Shown: positions 62,209 through 64,000 of the stretch, in pieces
Position numbering within the stretch: position 1 is the first letter of the stretch
Layout of the letters: each line of letters starts with the position of its first letter
Assembly (NCBI GenBank): GCA_011959105.1
Contig: BLLU01000197.1
Span: forward strand, 6,350 to 70,349
Source of the DNA: Lachnospiraceae bacterium
Lineage (GTDB): Bacteria; Bacillota; Clostridia; Lachnospirales; Lachnospiraceae
Length of the DNA stretch: 64,000 nucleotides
Direction of reading: 5' to 3'
Translations under genes and position numbers: made by a program
The notes under the pieces: model-generated
Databases searched by the model: none
What the model saw: only the letters and a program-made list of their open reading frames with translations
Told to the model about the DNA's origin: nothing

Positions 62209-63528
62209 TTGGACAGTTCTGCTGTCATACAACTTGTGATCCTGTTAATCCTGATTATTCTCTCCGCTTTCTTTTCCTCTGCGGAGACGGCGCTCTCCAC
62301 CGTGAACCGGGTGCGTATGCGGGCACTGGAGGAGGAGGGCAGCAAACGGGCCGCTAGGGTCAATCTGATTCTGGACAATTACGGCAAGATGATCAGTACG
62401 ATCCTGATCGGCAACAACATCGTGAACATCACGGCTTCCTCTCTGGCCACCATACTGGCCCAGCGGATCAATCTGATCGTGGGGATTGCCACCGGTATAT
62501 TGACCATCGTTGTTTTGCTTTTCGGAGAGATCGTGCCCAAGACCTGGGCCAATCTGAATAATGAGAAGATCGCCCTGACTTACAGCGGCATCATCTTCGG
62601 CCTGATGCATCTGCTGACTCCGGTGATCTTTGTGGTGGATAAATTGTCCAACGGCATCCTGCGGCTGCTACATATCGATCCCAACAAAAAGCCCAGCGCC
62701 ATGACGGAAACGGAATTAAAGACTTATGTAAACGTAAGCCATGAGGACGGTGTCATCGAGTCCGAAGAAAAGGAGATGATCTACAATGTGTTTGACTTCT
62801 CCGATGCCGTGGCCAAGGATATCATGATCCCCAGAATCAATATGGTGACAGTCAGCGTGGATGCCTCCTACGGCGATGTGCTGCAGGTTTTCCGGGAGTC
62901 CATGTACACCCGGCTTCCCGTGTATCAGGAGGATAAGGACAATATCATCGGCCTGGTCAACATCAAGGATTTCATACTCAGCGATGACCAGGAGCATTTT
63001 TCCGTGCACAGCATTATGCGGGAAGCGCACTACACTTACGAGTACAAAAAAAGCGCGGATCTGCTGCTGGAGATGCGGGAGATCACCATGAATGTGGCTT
63101 TTGTACTGAATGAATACGGAGCCACCGTGGGCATGATCACGCTGGAAGATCTGCTGGAGGAAATTGTGGGCGAAATCCGGGATGAGTACGACGCAGACGA
63201 GGCGGAATATATTCAGGCCGTGGACGAACGCACCTATCTGGTGGAGGGCAGCATGAAGCTGGACGACATCAACGATGTGCTGGACACGACTCTGGACTCC
63301 GAGGATTACGACTCCATCGGCGGCATCATCATTGAATATCTGGACCGCCTGCCGGAAGACGGCGAGGAAGTGGAACTGGAAAACGGCATCCGGCTGAAGG
63401 TGCAGGGCATCGACCAGAACCGTATCTGCAAAGTAGTTCTGACGCTGCCGGAGGAAGCCTCCCGGGATGGAGCGGAAAAGACCGGGGAAGAAAAAGAGCC
63501 CGAGAACGACTCCAGGGCAAACGAATAA
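62209..63528 (+). CDS. CNNM/TlyC-family protein (DUF21 + CBS pair + CorC_HlyC)
   Basis: SAFFSSAETALS and LLFGEIVPK (DUF21), a CBS region, and C-terminal TVGMITLEDLLEEIVGEIRDEYD. Confidence 0.85.
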   Translation: MDSSAVIQLVILLILIILSAFFSSAETALSTVNRVRMRALEEEGSKRAARVNLILDNYGKMISTILIGNNIVNITASSLATILAQRINLIVGIATGILTIVVLLFGEIVPKTWANLNNEKIALTYSGIIFGLMHLLTPVIFVVDKLSNGILRLLHIDPNKKPSAMTETELKTYVNVSHEDGVIESEEKEMIYNVFDFSDAVAKDIMIPRINMVTVSVDASYGDVLQVFRESMYTRLPVYQEDKDNIIGLVNIKDFILSDDQEHFSVHSIMREAHYTYEYKKSADLLLEMREITMNVAFVLNEYGATVGMITLEDLLEEIVGEIRDEYDADEAEYIQAVDERTYLVEGSMKLDDINDVLDTTLDSEDYDSIGGIIIEYLDRLPEDGEEVELENGIRLKVQGIDQNRICKVVLTLPEEASRDGAEKTGEEKEPENDSRANE

Positions 63529-63540
63529 GACAATACGCAA

Positions 63541-63571
63541 GGGGACAGTCCGTAAAGGCTGTCCCTTTTTC
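63541..63571 (+). terminator. Intrinsic terminator
   Basis: GGGACAG...CTGTCCC followed by TTTTT. Confidence 0.55.
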
Positions 63572-63584
63572 TCTGCGTCCAGGC

Positions 63585-64000
63585 CTAGTCGGCCGCAAAA
63601 AGCACCCGGACTGTGGTACCCTGTCCCGGACTGCTCTCCAGCTCCAGCCGCGCTCCATGTCTGGCCACGATATGCTTTACGATGGCCAGCCCCAGGCCCG
63701 TGCCGCCTGTGGACTTGGAGCGGCTTCTGTCCACCCGGTAGAAACGCTCGAAGATCCTTTCCTGATGCTCTTTGGGAATGCCGATCCCCGTATCCCGCAC
63801 CGTCAGCACCACTCGGTTCCCCTCCCGGCAGACCTCCAGCCGCACCAGCCCTTCCTCCACATTGTAACGGATTGCGTTATCGCATAGATTGTACAGAAGT
63901 TCCTCCAGCATAATCCGGTTCCCCCGGATATAACAGTCGCTGCCCCCGGTCTCCAGCCGCACCCTGTGCCTGGCGGCACTGACATCCAGCATCTCCGCGC
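63585..64000 (-). CDS. Sensor histidine kinase, C-terminal HATPase_c part (5' end beyond the right window edge)
   Basis: N box LLYNLCDNAIRY, G1 box VRDTGIGI, and G2 box GGTGLGLAIVKHIV. The frame stays open to nt 64000. Confidence 0.8.
   Translation of the reverse strand, partial: AEMLDVSAARHRVRLETGGSDCYIRGNRIMLEELLYNLCDNAIRYNVEEGLVRLEVCREGNRVVLTVRDTGIGIPKEHQERIFERFYRVDRSRSKSTGGTGLGLAIVKHIVARHGARLELESSPGQGTTVRVLFAAD

Overview
Chromosomal segment of a GC-rich Firmicute. Gene content looks Clostridia/Lachnospiraceae-like (SCIFF cassette, TIGR04086, DUF1836, YerC, T-box and L-box leaders). I support about 55 genes, most on the minus strand. Many long ORFs in the track are antisense shadows of these GC-rich genes and I rejected them. 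Core genes: recJ (partial), T-box-controlled tyrS, rlmD, pcrA, dapBA behind a lysine riboswitch, typA, cspA, secDF, dus, sufC/sufBD, tRNA-Arg(ACG), GH43/GH9 glycosidases, two tandem MCPs and a GGDEF-EAL protein. Points worth a second look, in rough priority order: (1) An AT-rich islet replaces the 3' end of rlmD and carries a promoterless AIPR + DUF1016(PDDEXK) gene pair; the rlmD tail has an in-frame TAG and a second rlmD-like 3' end sits at the far border. (2) A soluble AraC-HTH protein is fused to a degenerate MCP signalling hairpin, in an AT-rich patch next to tRNA-Arg and the two MCP genes. (3) A dispersed palindromic repeat family ends in GCGGAACUAWAA and always sits just 5' of the Shine-Dalgarno of the downstream gene (4 loci, 7 cores). 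(4) TyrRS is fused in frame to an N-terminal B3/4 (PheRS-editing-like) domain. (5) A 166-bp MITE-like element has perfect 20-bp terminal inverted repeats. The 47-aa SCIFF precursor is missing from the ORF track and was found by hand. No CRISPR array, rRNA, integrase or transposase is visible. All family assignments come from motif recognition by eye; no database search was run.
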